Shown: positions 44,947 through 53,811 of the stretch, in pieces
Layout: each line of letters begins with the position of its first letter
How positions within the stretch are numbered: position 1 is the stretch's first letter
Assembly: GCA_964530005.1 (NCBI GenBank)
Contig: CAZGZD010000001.1
Coordinates: 33,541 to 97,540, forward strand
Length of the DNA: 64,000 bases
Reading direction: 5' to 3'
Source: an uncultured Gammaproteobacteria bacterium
Lineage (GTDB): Bacteria > Patescibacteriota > Microgenomatia > UBA1406 > GWC2-37-13
Notes under the pieces: generated by a model
What the model was told of the DNA's origin: nothing
Seen by the model: the letters and a program-made list of their open reading frames with translations, nothing else
The model's database searches: none
Made by a program: the position numbers and the translations under genes

Positions 44947-44960
44947 GTGCAATTTGCACT
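44946..44960. promoter_or_regulatory. 15-bp palindrome agtgca-att-tgcact abutting the -35 (candidate operator)
   Basis: Two 6-bp perfect inverted arms, located in the divergent intergenic region between 44906 and 45048. Confidence 0.3.
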
Positions 44961-45047
44961 ATTTTTATCCGCTAAAAAGAATGCTGTCGTGACAATCTAT
45001 CCAGAAGCTGAAAAACATATTTTTGGCCGTGCTATACTTGACATCAT

Positions 45048-45797
45048 ATGCTCTGCCCCAACTGCCGACAACCATTGCAACAGACTACCCTTGATAAGCA
45101 GTCTGTCTTGCATTGTACCAACTGCGGCTGCAGCTTCTTTGAAGAGAATGGAATAAATAGAATTCGAAGTGCGACGGCTACTCTACTTGCTGCCAACAAG
45201 CGAGTTGATGAGGCATCAGGCAGTGAAAAGCTCTGCCCCAAGGATAATATCGTGCTTGAGGCTATAACCAATGATAAAGCAATCCCAGATGGAGTCACCC
45301 TTCTTCGTTGTCCTCGCTGTTTTGGAATTCTCGCTTTTCCTGAAGATCTGGCGATGTTCAAAAATGCACAGGACACTAAGCTTCGATCATTTAAAAAAGC
45401 CCACAGACCACTTCCTGCACTCTCGGCCATCATTGTCCTTGCCTTTTTGGCAGCGGCTTCTTTCTCAGTCGTCACTTCACTGGATAAGAAGCAAGCAAGC
45501 CAGGTAAAGGCAACAAGTATTGTAAAGCGAGTAGATGTCCTACAAAGCGGCTCAACGACAATAATTACATTTACCACGTCTCAACCAGTTCAATCTATGG
45601 TGCAGGTCACTGATTCTGAACTCAATAAAAAGCTTACAAGATCCGTATCGTCGGGCCTAGCTACGACTCACATCTTCACAACTGGCCTTATAAATACCGA
45701 CCACACCATACGATTTAAGATTATGTTTTTTGACAGATTTGGTAAAAAAATAAGCGAGACAGAGATGTATAGTCTCAACTCTTTTATTAAAAAATAA
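45048..45797 (+). CDS. Double zinc-ribbon membrane protein
   Basis: CPNCRQPL...CTNCGCSF and CPKDN...RCPRCFGIL are two CxxC pairs each. A TM helix ALSAIIVLAFLAAASFSVV and a beta-rich C-terminal domain follow. Confidence 0.6.
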   Translation: MLCPNCRQPLQQTTLDKQSVLHCTNCGCSFFEENGINRIRSATATLLAANKRVDEASGSEKLCPKDNIVLEAITNDKAIPDGVTLLRCPRCFGILAFPEDLAMFKNAQDTKLRSFKKAHRPLPALSAIIVLAFLAAASFSVVTSLDKKQASQVKATSIVKRVDVLQSGSTTIITFTTSQPVQSMVQVTDSELNKKLTRSVSSGLATTHIFTTGLINTDHTIRFKIMFFDRFGKKISETEMYSLNSFIKK

Positions 45798-45802
45798 TTT
45801 TT

Positions 45803-46327
45803 ATGAAGCATCTTCTTGTGGGTCTTGGCAATCCTGGCGATAAATACCGCAACAACCGGCACAACGCTGGGTTTATGTTCATCGATTATCTAGTAAAGAG
45901 ATCAGATAGCGAAGAACTAAAAAATGAGAAAAAATTTGAAGCAGAGATTGGTGAGATCTCACTTAAGGGACGTAAATCTCTTGTTGCTAAGCCCCAAAGC
46001 TTTATGAATAGATCAGGAGACGTAGTACGCCAGATTGCGGATTTTTATAAAATAAATGTCGAAAATATCATCATCATCCACGACGATCTAGATATCCCCA
46101 TTGGCAAATATAAAGTCCAATCTGGTACAAGCCCCCAGCTTCACAATGGCATCACGTCCATTGACAAAAGCCTTGGTACGCGTGAATACACGCGAGTGAG
46201 GATTGGTATTGAGAATCGGGGTACGGAAAATCGCCCATCTGGCGAGGATTATGTCCTCAGCGACTTCACACTCGAGGAGAGACAAGTAATCGAAGATCTT
46301 TTCCCTCAAATATTTGACAAAATCTGA
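45803..46327 (+). CDS. pth: Peptidyl-tRNA hydrolase
   Basis: LLVGLGNPGDKYRNNRHNAGF and IIIHDDLDIP are Pth signatures. Confidence 0.9.
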   Translation: MKHLLVGLGNPGDKYRNNRHNAGFMFIDYLVKRSDSEELKNEKKFEAEIGEISLKGRKSLVAKPQSFMNRSGDVVRQIADFYKINVENIIIIHDDLDIPIGKYKVQSGTSPQLHNGITSIDKSLGTREYTRVRIGIENRGTENRPSGEDYVLSDFTLEERQVIEDLFPQIFDKI

Positions 46328-46420
46328 TTTAAATCTCCCAACACAATCTGCCGTACTTTGGCTCAAAATGAAAAATAAATAGAGATTTTTGAGAATTAAA
46401 CTATAATAACCGTAAGTAAT

Positions 46421-46723
46421 ATGAAATCGCTATCTGATATTTTAGATAATTTTGACCCGCTTGAGGATCGCTATATCAGCCGCGAGTATCAATCGTATGG
46501 AGTATATCTGGCGACCAAGCTTGAAGATGACAAACACAAATCCCTCTATATCAAGTTCGCACGCACCATGCCACGGCCAATGCTTGCCGAAGCTCTACGA
46601 TTTGTGGTGGACTCAAGCGCGAGGCGCAAATCAGCACTTTTTATGTGGAAGCTGAAGGAGATGGGGGCATTCAAAACTAAGGAAAAAGTAAAAGTGAAAA
46701 AAGCAAAAGAGAAGGCTGAATAA
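46421..46723 (+). CDS. Small hypothetical protein with a Lys-rich tail
   Basis: 100-aa ORF with codon usage like its neighbours. I recognise no family. Confidence 0.5.
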   Translation: MKSLSDILDNFDPLEDRYISREYQSYGVYLATKLEDDKHKSLYIKFARTMPRPMLAEALRFVVDSSARRKSALFMWKLKEMGAFKTKEKVKVKKAKEKAE

Positions 46724-46754
46724 CTCAATTCTTTTTACCTTTTCGTTTTCAGCT

Positions 46755-47855
46755 CTAAAAGTAGCCGTACGCCCAGTAGCCAATCTTGTCTATCCCTGCT
46801 TTTTCAAGCAAGCTTTTCTTCGCGGCGACCGACTGTTCATCCTCAAACCACACGATATGTAGTACGTACGCTGCGCTTTCGACGTAATTCACTTCAGTCT
46901 CAGTCGACTGCTGATCACGACGCACAAGGCAATTTTTGAACGTGCAATTATCCAAGAATTTGCTACGTACGTCATTGAGACTCAGTGATTTCGCTGCCGT
47001 ATATGGCCTTTTATGCTCATCCACCTCCCAGTCATAGCCATACATCCCAAATATCACTCGAAGCTTGTTGGCTGGCACAAATTTTTTGAAGTCTTTAGTC
47101 ATCTGGGTAAAATCATAGCCATAGGTCGCATTCCCCGTGAGTGGGAAATTCGGACCTGGCTCGCCCCTTGACTTGTGGTAATCATATGCCATCACCATAA
47201 TCTCATCTGCATTTGCCGCAATACGCGCAACATCATATGGACGACTACGATATATAGTATCTCCATAAAGCAGTACTGTGAAGTGCAGATTTTGACCTTT
47301 AGTCTTTGAGTAAAAATATTGAACAAAGTCTAATACCTGAGCTTTCAGATCAGAGAAAGCTAATGCGGATATTTCGAGATCAAGCACTACTCCATCAAAC
47401 TTATATTTATTTGCTATAGATATGGATTCATCAGCAATAGAGTCCCAATTCTGTCTATTTTTGAGAATAGAAAAATTCTGCTCAGTGTCCACCATGCGGA
47501 GAGTAAGCTGTGTCTTTTTTCCATCTGGTACAGCACTCACAAACTTTTCAATATTAGCGTATCCTGGCTCTGAAGTATTGATTCCTGGGTAAGATGGGGT
47601 GATGCCAAAGTAAATGACTGAATCGTATTTGGATACATCAAATGTATCGTCAAATGTGGCCCAATAGGGTACAAATATTGATGTAGACTGTACAGTGACT
47701 TGATTACTTTTATTTTGCTTTGGGGCTCTGGGGCTTTCTTTTTTTACTATTTTTTTATTACTAATAAGGCCAGCTTTAAAGTATGAAATCAGCCCCCCAA
47801 TAAATACCCCGACCGAAAAAAGCAGGATAAAAAAAAATACAATCTTCTTGCTCAT
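46755..47855 (-). CDS. Membrane-anchored glycoside hydrolase family 18-like protein
   Basis: An N-terminal TM helix, and FDGVVLDLE, which resembles the GH18 DGxxxDxE catalytic strand (YaaH-like). Confidence 0.6.
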   Translation of the reverse strand: MSKKIVFFFILLFSVGVFIGGLISYFKAGLISNKKIVKKESPRAPKQNKSNQVTVQSTSIFVPYWATFDDTFDVSKYDSVIYFGITPSYPGINTSEPGYANIEKFVSAVPDGKKTQLTLRMVDTEQNFSILKNRQNWDSIADESISIANKYKFDGVVLDLEISALAFSDLKAQVLDFVQYFYSKTKGQNLHFTVLLYGDTIYRSRPYDVARIAANADEIMVMAYDYHKSRGEPGPNFPLTGNATYGYDFTQMTKDFKKFVPANKLRVIFGMYGYDWEVDEHKRPYTAAKSLSLNDVRSKFLDNCTFKNCLVRRDQQSTETEVNYVESAAYVLHIVWFEDEQSVAAKKSLLEKAGIDKIGYWAYGYF

Positions 47856-47934
47856 CCTTTTATTATAAATAAATACTTTTTCCTCAGTGGTTGAGTTGTC
47901 TATTTAACTTAGTTTTTGTATTGCAAAATTCTCA

Positions 47935-48008
47935 TTTTTCTTTTACTTTCTTCTGCGACACTTGGGAGAGAACCCACTGGAGTCAAAACAAGGAAAAGTA
48001 AAGTGAGT
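47935..48008 (+). repeat. Copy C (minimal form) of the structured intergenic element
   Basis: cttttactttcttctgcgacacttgggagagaacccactggagtcaaaacaaggaaaagtaaag. The arms cttttac and gtaaaag are complementary. Confidence 0.5.
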
Positions 48009-48021
48009 TTACTTCCTTTAA

Positions 48022-48030
48022 TGTTATACT
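48022..48030 (+). promoter_or_regulatory. Extended -10 promoter TGtTATACT
   Basis: It lies 11 nt upstream of the transaldolase ATG at 48042. Confidence 0.45.
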
Positions 48031-48041
48031 ATAAATAACGT

Positions 48042-48956
48042 ATGTCATCCTCAATTAAATTGCCGAAGATATTCCTCGATGCGGGAGATCCAGATGAGAC
48101 CAAAAAGGCCAAAGGACTTGTCGGCCACATAGATGGCCAGACTACTAATCCGACACTCGTCGCACGCCATCCAGAGGCACAGAAATACATTGATTCTGGT
48201 AAAAAATTCACACATAGTGAGCTTTTGAAATTTTACAAAGAAGTAATTGTGGAGATAGAACGTGAAATTGCAGGTCCAATATCAATCGAGGTCGAGGCCA
48301 ATTGGGATACAAAGGCCGCAGACATGCTCAAACAGGCAACTGAGATGGCAACGTGGGCAAGAAATGCGTATATCAAGTTCCCCACAATCCCAGAAGGTAT
48401 AAAGGCGGCACACGAATTCGTAGCAACAGGCGGACGAGTGAATATGACGCTTGTCTTTGATCAAGTCCAGTCAGCTGCTGTATATGTAGCACTTCGCGCG
48501 GCAAATGCCAAACGAGAAGACAAAGAGAATCTACCGCCACACTTCCTCTCCCCCTTTTTAGGTCGCTATGATGATCGTGGAGTCATGGGGCTGGATATTA
48601 TCAAAAATATTATCAAGATGTACAAGGGATTCAATGGCACGCTACACACCAATGATCACCCTGTACAAATCCTAGCATCCTCAATCCGCACACTTGACCA
48701 TTTTTATGGTGCGATATTTTTGGGGGCGGATGCGATCACGACCCCGCTCTCTGTCATCCGCGCATGGGTACAGGATGAAAGCTGGATCCCCGACGGCACA
48801 TATCGAATAGAAAATAACGGGCTCAAATCTATCGTATACGACGAGGTAAAACTTAGGAATAATTTTGAAGATTACCCGATTGAGCGAGTTGAAGGCTCAC
48901 TTCTTGACGACGGAGTCACACGATTTGCAAAGGACTGGCAATCGCTTCTTAAATAA
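48042..48956 (+). CDS. tal: Transaldolase family protein
   Basis: FLDAGDPDETKKA...GQTTNPTLV and IKFPTIPEGIKA (Schiff-base Lys region). Confidence 0.8.
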   Translation: MSSSIKLPKIFLDAGDPDETKKAKGLVGHIDGQTTNPTLVARHPEAQKYIDSGKKFTHSELLKFYKEVIVEIEREIAGPISIEVEANWDTKAADMLKQATEMATWARNAYIKFPTIPEGIKAAHEFVATGGRVNMTLVFDQVQSAAVYVALRAANAKREDKENLPPHFLSPFLGRYDDRGVMGLDIIKNIIKMYKGFNGTLHTNDHPVQILASSIRTLDHFYGAIFLGADAITTPLSVIRAWVQDESWIPDGTYRIENNGLKSIVYDEVKLRNNFEDYPIERVEGSLLDDGVTRFAKDWQSLLK

Positions 48957-49019
48957 TTTGTTTTATAGCTTTATAAAAGGCTAAATAGAACTATTTATTA
49001 GACCCCTAATAATTCGGTG

Positions 49020-49048
49020 TTGACAAATATCTCGCCATTCTCCATAAT
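49020..49048 (+). promoter_or_regulatory. Promoter TTGACA, 17-nt spacer, CATAAT
   Basis: -35 at 49020-49025 and -10 at 49043-49048. The ATG at 49058 lies 9 nt downstream. Confidence 0.55.
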
Positions 49049-49057
49049 GTTTATATC

Positions 49058-49936
49058 ATGAAAGTCACCATCTACACGACAGCCGAATGCCCCTTCAGCA
49101 AACAAGAAAAAGAATACCTCCAAGGCCACAATATCGCCTTTGAGGAGCGCAATGTCGAGACAAATCGAGAATATCTCACTGAGATGCTTGCAGTCTCCAA
49201 TAATTTCGCAGGTACACCAGTCACTAAGATCGAAAAAGACGATGGCGCAATCAGTGTGCTCAAAGGATTTACCCAAGCAGAGTTTGATACAGCCCTTGGA
49301 ATTGTGCAAACTGCTGCACCGCAATCTGCAGATGGAGCTGTCGCATCCGCTCCCACTACACCTCAGCCTGATTCCACCGCTATCCCCGCACCACTCGATG
49401 TACCAGCAGCGCCATCTGAACCAATAAGTCCGACTGCCGAACCAGCAGCTCCGACTGAATCGGAAGCAGCCGAATCAACTATTGATACAGGATCCCCTAC
49501 CGCGCCTACCGAACCAATTGCCACACAAGCAGCAGATGATCAACAAATAAGCGATTCGAGTTCTACGCCTCCAGCACCAGCACAGGTTGATACAACTTTA
49601 CCTCCAGCACCAGTTGTTGAGACACCAACGCCTTTTGAATCTACTCCAGTTGGAGAAGCCGCACAGCCAACGAACGAACAGAAACCAGAAGATGCACAAG
49701 CTTCTGAAGCTACAAATGTGAACACCCAACCTCCTGTAGATGAAGTAAATTCTACGGCAAGCAACCCACAAGACAGCCTCAATGCGATCCTTGAAAATTT
49801 GGAGAACAAAAGCACAGCGCAATCCCTGGCAGATCCAGCGGGTACTCAGCCTGTAGCACCTTCTGCACCATCCGATACACAAACTCAAGTAGTTTCACCA
49901 ACTGAGCCGCCCGCAATCCCCGATCCTAAATTCTAA
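49058..49936 (+). CDS. Glutaredoxin/NrdH-like domain fused to a ~210-aa P/T/A/E/Q-rich disordered tail
   Basis: MKVTIYTTAECPFSKQEKEYL...GTPVTKI has a CPFS active site and a cis-Pro region. The remainder is low complexity. Confidence 0.65.
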   Translation: MKVTIYTTAECPFSKQEKEYLQGHNIAFEERNVETNREYLTEMLAVSNNFAGTPVTKIEKDDGAISVLKGFTQAEFDTALGIVQTAAPQSADGAVASAPTTPQPDSTAIPAPLDVPAAPSEPISPTAEPAAPTESEAAESTIDTGSPTAPTEPIATQAADDQQISDSSSTPPAPAQVDTTLPPAPVVETPTPFESTPVGEAAQPTNEQKPEDAQASEATNVNTQPPVDEVNSTASNPQDSLNAILENLENKSTAQSLADPAGTQPVAPSAPSDTQTQVVSPTEPPAIPDPKF

Positions 49937-49943
49937 ATCAGAA

Positions 49944-50645
49944 TCACTTCTCGATTATTTTTTTGATTTCATCCGCTACCTCATCTTGTCGATTTATCAA
50001 TGTGTGACCCTCACCTTTTATCACAATCGACTTGAAGTCTTTTAAAAGAGATAAATCCACATATGGATCATATTGACCCGTGATAAATACGATTTTGTCG
50101 CGAATACTCGCCATAGTTCGCCAATCATCTCGGAGTATCACGCCAACAAATGCCTCATGCACAGTATCAGCTCGATGTCTGAACCAGTCGCGATATGTAG
50201 GGTAATCTCTATATCGAAAGATTATCGCATACAGTAGAATCGGAATCATGATAAGCCAGTGTAGGCGAACTAAAAGTAATCCAAGAAAAGTAGGTCGAAC
50301 ATAAAGCCGTCCTAATGGTCGCAAACTCAACATATATCGCATCATCTTCGCGTCGCGCTGCATCGGATATCCAATAAGTATGAGTTTTTCGATCAGCTCG
50401 GGGTGAGCCAGTGCAAACTCCTTGGCAAGTATCGCTCCCATTGAGTGTCCGACGAGAATACATTTCTGCCTTATCTTACTCTCCAAAAATGCTACGTATC
50501 GCTCTGTCGTAAAAGGCCCCAGCTCGTGCTCAAGCTCGCCATAACCTGGAAGATCAAATGCATCAGTATCTGGAAAATGTTTGCGGATATTGCGGAAGTT
50601 GTTCTTGGACCCACATAGACCGTGGATAAAAACAATTTTAGTCAT
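49944..50645 (-). CDS. Alpha/beta hydrolase
   Basis: KIVFIHGL and the nucleophile elbow GHSMGA. Confidence 0.75.
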   Translation of the reverse strand: MTKIVFIHGLCGSKNNFRNIRKHFPDTDAFDLPGYGELEHELGPFTTERYVAFLESKIRQKCILVGHSMGAILAKEFALAHPELIEKLILIGYPMQRDAKMMRYMLSLRPLGRLYVRPTFLGLLLVRLHWLIMIPILLYAIIFRYRDYPTYRDWFRHRADTVHEAFVGVILRDDWRTMASIRDKIVFITGQYDPYVDLSLLKDFKSIVIKGEGHTLINRQDEVADEIKKIIEK

Positions 50646-50689
50646 GTTTATAATTGTATATTACAACCCGTATGTAATGCCGCCTTAGG

Positions 50690-50703
50690 TTTTGTATAAT
50701 TAG
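50690..50703 (+). promoter_or_regulatory. -10 TATAAT within the 14-mer ttttgtataattag, shared with 53258-53271
   Basis: TATAAT at 50695-50700. The ATG at 50707 lies 6 nt downstream, so the mRNA is probably leaderless. Confidence 0.45.
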
Positions 50704-50706
50704 ATT

Positions 50707-51408
50707 ATGCCAGAAGGCCAACCACCATCATTAGTAGAACACCGGATCCAGCCACGACAAGTTCTGCTTGATTTTGGCCAGGAATTAGTTAGGGAGATTT
50801 CAGCTTTTTATCACACAGAAATGGGTCATGTGCCATTATCGGTGGGACTTGAAGATAAACCTCAGCTCGTAGAACTCCTTTTCGCCGCAAATCTTCCTCA
50901 TATTGTTTCGCACAGCGATGTTCCTATGCCCCCTTCAGATGCTAGCGCAAAAGCAATAGTCCAACATCATCTGCAATCTCATGATGGTTATCGTCTTGAC
51001 TCATTAGTTAGTGATTTTTCAGGAATTAGCGGAGCGCAATTGCTGCTGCAGCGACCAGGTAGAGGTACCATATATGAAAGTGTTCAGGTCCAAGTAGCTG
51101 CACTTCAAGGGCAAGTTACTTTCCGTCGAGCAATTCCAAAAATAGGAGTTGAGACAGTAATCTTATCAGAAGTGGATGATTTGATAGAAATGAGAAGAGA
51201 AAAAAGAAAAGTTGATGAACGTGTAAGAGAAACTGCAAGATGGGGTGAAGCTCAGTCTGGCTCCTTCCCATTACATATTCAGTATCTTCTCGAGGGTAAG
51301 GGCTTGCAAGTTGAGTCTTTTCCCCCTTTAACGGTAGATCCCCACGACAAGGAATTTTATCGTAAGATCTTTGAATATCTTGATCATGCAACAAAAATCA
51401 AATCTTAA
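50707..51408 (+). CDS. Hypothetical protein beginning MPEGQPPS
   Basis: 233-aa ORF. I recognise no family, but the N-terminus matches the MP[ED]xP pattern seen in the accessory loci. Confidence 0.55.
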   Translation: MPEGQPPSLVEHRIQPRQVLLDFGQELVREISAFYHTEMGHVPLSVGLEDKPQLVELLFAANLPHIVSHSDVPMPPSDASAKAIVQHHLQSHDGYRLDSLVSDFSGISGAQLLLQRPGRGTIYESVQVQVAALQGQVTFRRAIPKIGVETVILSEVDDLIEMRREKRKVDERVRETARWGEAQSGSFPLHIQYLLEGKGLQVESFPPLTVDPHDKEFYRKIFEYLDHATKIKS

Positions 51409-51422
51409 AAATAACCCTCATT

Positions 51423-51806
51423 ATGGATCTCCTCTATCAAATTAAAGGTATTGTCAAAAAATTCAGAGGTAATGGACGGCGCCTTGGATATCCAACAGCT
51501 AATATTGAGATTGATAAGGATGCGCCTGAGGGTCTATACTTCGGCTACACTCATCTTGAAGAGAATAAGCTTGCATCAATCATATTCATCGGAGCGCCGA
51601 TTACACTCGGCGTCACGAGTAAGCGGGCCGAAAGCTATATTCTAGACTTTGAGGATCGCGACCTATATGGCCAAGAAATCAAGATAGAAATCATCAAAAA
51701 ATTGCGAGATAATCACAAGTTTGAATCAGTTGAGAAGCTCATTGAACAGATGAAGGTAGATGTGCAAGACGCAAAGGATTTTTTTAAAAAACATTACAAG
51801 CGCTGA
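51423..51806 (+). CDS. Stand-alone riboflavin kinase domain
   Basis: GNGRRLGYPTANI and DLYGQEIKIEIIKKLRDNHKFESVEKLIEQMKVD match the RibF C-terminal domain pattern. Confidence 0.75.
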   Translation: MDLLYQIKGIVKKFRGNGRRLGYPTANIEIDKDAPEGLYFGYTHLEENKLASIIFIGAPITLGVTSKRAESYILDFEDRDLYGQEIKIEIIKKLRDNHKFESVEKLIEQMKVDVQDAKDFFKKHYKR

Positions 51807-53122
51807 GCCTGAATAAGTCGCTCGATACCTATCTCAAATGAGGCTTGCTTGAGGGTGATTTTCTTCTCTTCGGATCTGGCCCAGATATTCTCAAATGCAG
51901 CCACCATAAACTCATCCAGTCGGCGGTTGACCTTCTCCTCAGACCACCAATCACCGCGCCTCGACTGTACCCACTCAAGGTATGAGACCACGACTCCTCC
52001 AGCATTGGCAAGCACATCGGGAAGGATAATCACCCCTTTGTCGGTCAAATATTCATATGCTTCCTCGGTAATTGGCCCATTCGCAAGCTCAATGATGATC
52101 TTGGCCTTGATCTTATGCATATTATCAGCATTAACCACATTCTCAAGTGCAGCAAGTACCAGTACATCGACTTGAAGCTCAATAAGATCATCATTGGTAA
52201 AAGTCTTGCCCCCAGGTTGAACAACACAGGTACCATTTGTGCAGTAACACTCAGTTATCTGCTTGCCCGTGACTTTGCACTCCCAGATCTTGGGTAGATT
52301 GAACTGATCTATCTCATCGTATTTTTTACCCTTACCTTGATACGGCTTGATTATTGCCCCACGAGAGTCAGAAAGTGCAATGATATTGAACTTCTCCTTC
52401 TCCAGAAGGTGGCCAAAATAGTATCCCACATTCCCAAATCCCTGAATAGCCACTGTACGTGGACGGGAGAAGTCAATCTTATTATCGGGGTGATTCTTGA
52501 GCTTCTCAACAAGTGCATCCAGGACTATCACACCTCCTCTGCCCGTTGCCTCCTGTCTCCCCAAACTACCACCAAGCCATACTGGCTTGCCAGTGAATGT
52601 CGCCGGACTTTTGCGCCTCGTAATCCTCTCATACTCATTGATCATCCACGCCATAATCTGTGAGTTGGTATTCACATCGGGCGCCGGTATATCTACATCC
52701 TCTCCGATAAATGGAGCGATTTTGGCAGCATACGCGCGAGAGAGCTTTTCAAGATCATCTCGATTGAGCTTCTTAGGGTCCACGATGATTCCACCCTTTG
52801 CCCCACCATATGGCAAGCCAGCCACTGCACACTTTATACTCATAAGAGTCGCCAAAGCTTGCACTTCCTCCTCAGTCACATCCGTATGAAAACGTGTGCC
52901 ACCTTTGTAGGGGCCAAGAAGATTATTGTGCTGTACTCGATATCCTTTGAATACTTCAAGTCGGCTATTTGAGAGCTTGACTGGGATTGAGAAGCTGTAG
53001 ATCATATCAGGCTCAATAAGCCGCTTGATAAGATCATCTTTGAGGCCTAAGCCTTGGGCTGTCTTGATGATAATTTGCTGGGCAGTCTTCAGCATTACCT
53101 TACCAGATCCAGTGCTTGACAT
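51794..53122 (-). CDS. gdhA: Glutamate dehydrogenase (Glu/Leu/Phe/Val dehydrogenase family)
   Basis: GPYKGGTRFH, KCAVAGLPYGGAKGG and GFGNVG (Rossmann). Confidence 0.9.
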   Translation of the reverse strand: MSSTGSGKVMLKTAQQIIIKTAQGLGLKDDLIKRLIEPDMIYSFSIPVKLSNSRLEVFKGYRVQHNNLLGPYKGGTRFHTDVTEEEVQALATLMSIKCAVAGLPYGGAKGGIIVDPKKLNRDDLEKLSRAYAAKIAPFIGEDVDIPAPDVNTNSQIMAWMINEYERITRRKSPATFTGKPVWLGGSLGRQEATGRGGVIVLDALVEKLKNHPDNKIDFSRPRTVAIQGFGNVGYYFGHLLEKEKFNIIALSDSRGAIIKPYQGKGKKYDEIDQFNLPKIWECKVTGKQITECYCTNGTCVVQPGGKTFTNDDLIELQVDVLVLAALENVVNADNMHKIKAKIIIELANGPITEEAYEYLTDKGVIILPDVLANAGGVVVSYLEWVQSRRGDWWSEEKVNRRLDEFMVAAFENIWARSEEKKITLKQASFEIGIERLIQAQRL

Positions 53123-53257
53123 AGTAATTTAAGGCTAATTTGTGTGAAACACTATAAGTGTAGACCTCTTTTTTTTGGAGTGCAACCCCTATTTTCAATA
53201 ATCAGACTGAAATTATTGGCAAATAGTAATTATTCTGCCTATGGACTTCATATCTTA

Positions 53258-53271
53258 TTTTGTATAATTAG
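53258..53271 (+). promoter_or_regulatory. Second copy of ttttgtataattag (-10 TATAAT)
   Basis: TATAAT at 53263-53268. The ATG at 53283 lies 14 nt downstream. Confidence 0.4.
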
Positions 53272-53282
53272 GCTCTAAACCC

Positions 53283-53810
53283 ATGACATTTGTTGAGCTC
53301 CGACCCAAACTACCCCCGACGGATATTACTGTTGAGGTAATACACAATATTCAAAGAAATCTTATGGAATTTCAATTCAAAAGATTCGAATTATTTGATC
53401 CAGTAGGTGAGGGAAGCTTTCAAGGTCATGATCATATCGTAGTTTTTCCAAGCGTAGCTCCTGATGCTCTTCATCGACAATATGATACCCAGACAATAAG
53501 TGGAGTTTCCTTTGACCAAAGGATAGATCAGCGGTTAAAAGCAAGTCTAAGTCTTCTTGATATGCTTCACATTCCCTCAGATATCGCCAGAAATATTCCC
53601 AACGATCAGGAACAAGAGCTTGATGTTCTTGATCAAATTGCGCAAGTAGGTGGTATTCCAGCTGCATTTGTAGCTTTTGAAGACGTATTAAAAGAGAATG
53701 GAAGAATACACTTGTGGGTTGCAGATGGCTGGCATCCTACCCAAGCTCTTGGAATAATGAAAGCTCAACTACTTAACCCCAATCACCCGCCAACAAACCT
53801 GTATCAATAA
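53283..53810 (+). CDS. Hypothetical protein
   Basis: 175-aa ORF beginning MTFVELRPKLPPTD. I recognise no family. Confidence 0.5.
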   Translation: MTFVELRPKLPPTDITVEVIHNIQRNLMEFQFKRFELFDPVGEGSFQGHDHIVVFPSVAPDALHRQYDTQTISGVSFDQRIDQRLKASLSLLDMLHIPSDIARNIPNDQEQELDVLDQIAQVGGIPAAFVAFEDVLKENGRIHLWVADGWHPTQALGIMKAQLLNPNHPPTNLYQ

Positions 53811-53811
53811 C

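Noticed and set aside
26114-45000. Interpreting the accessory locus as a prophage or integrative element because of the excisionase-like HTH gene
   Set aside because: I found no integrase, transposase, capsid, terminase or flanking direct repeats. The tRNA gene is 10 kb away. Mobility remains unproven.
45044-45577. Minus-strand ORF of 177 aa
   Set aside because: The overlapping plus frame (45048..45797) has two CxxC...CxxC zinc ribbons and a TM helix. The minus frame has no features.
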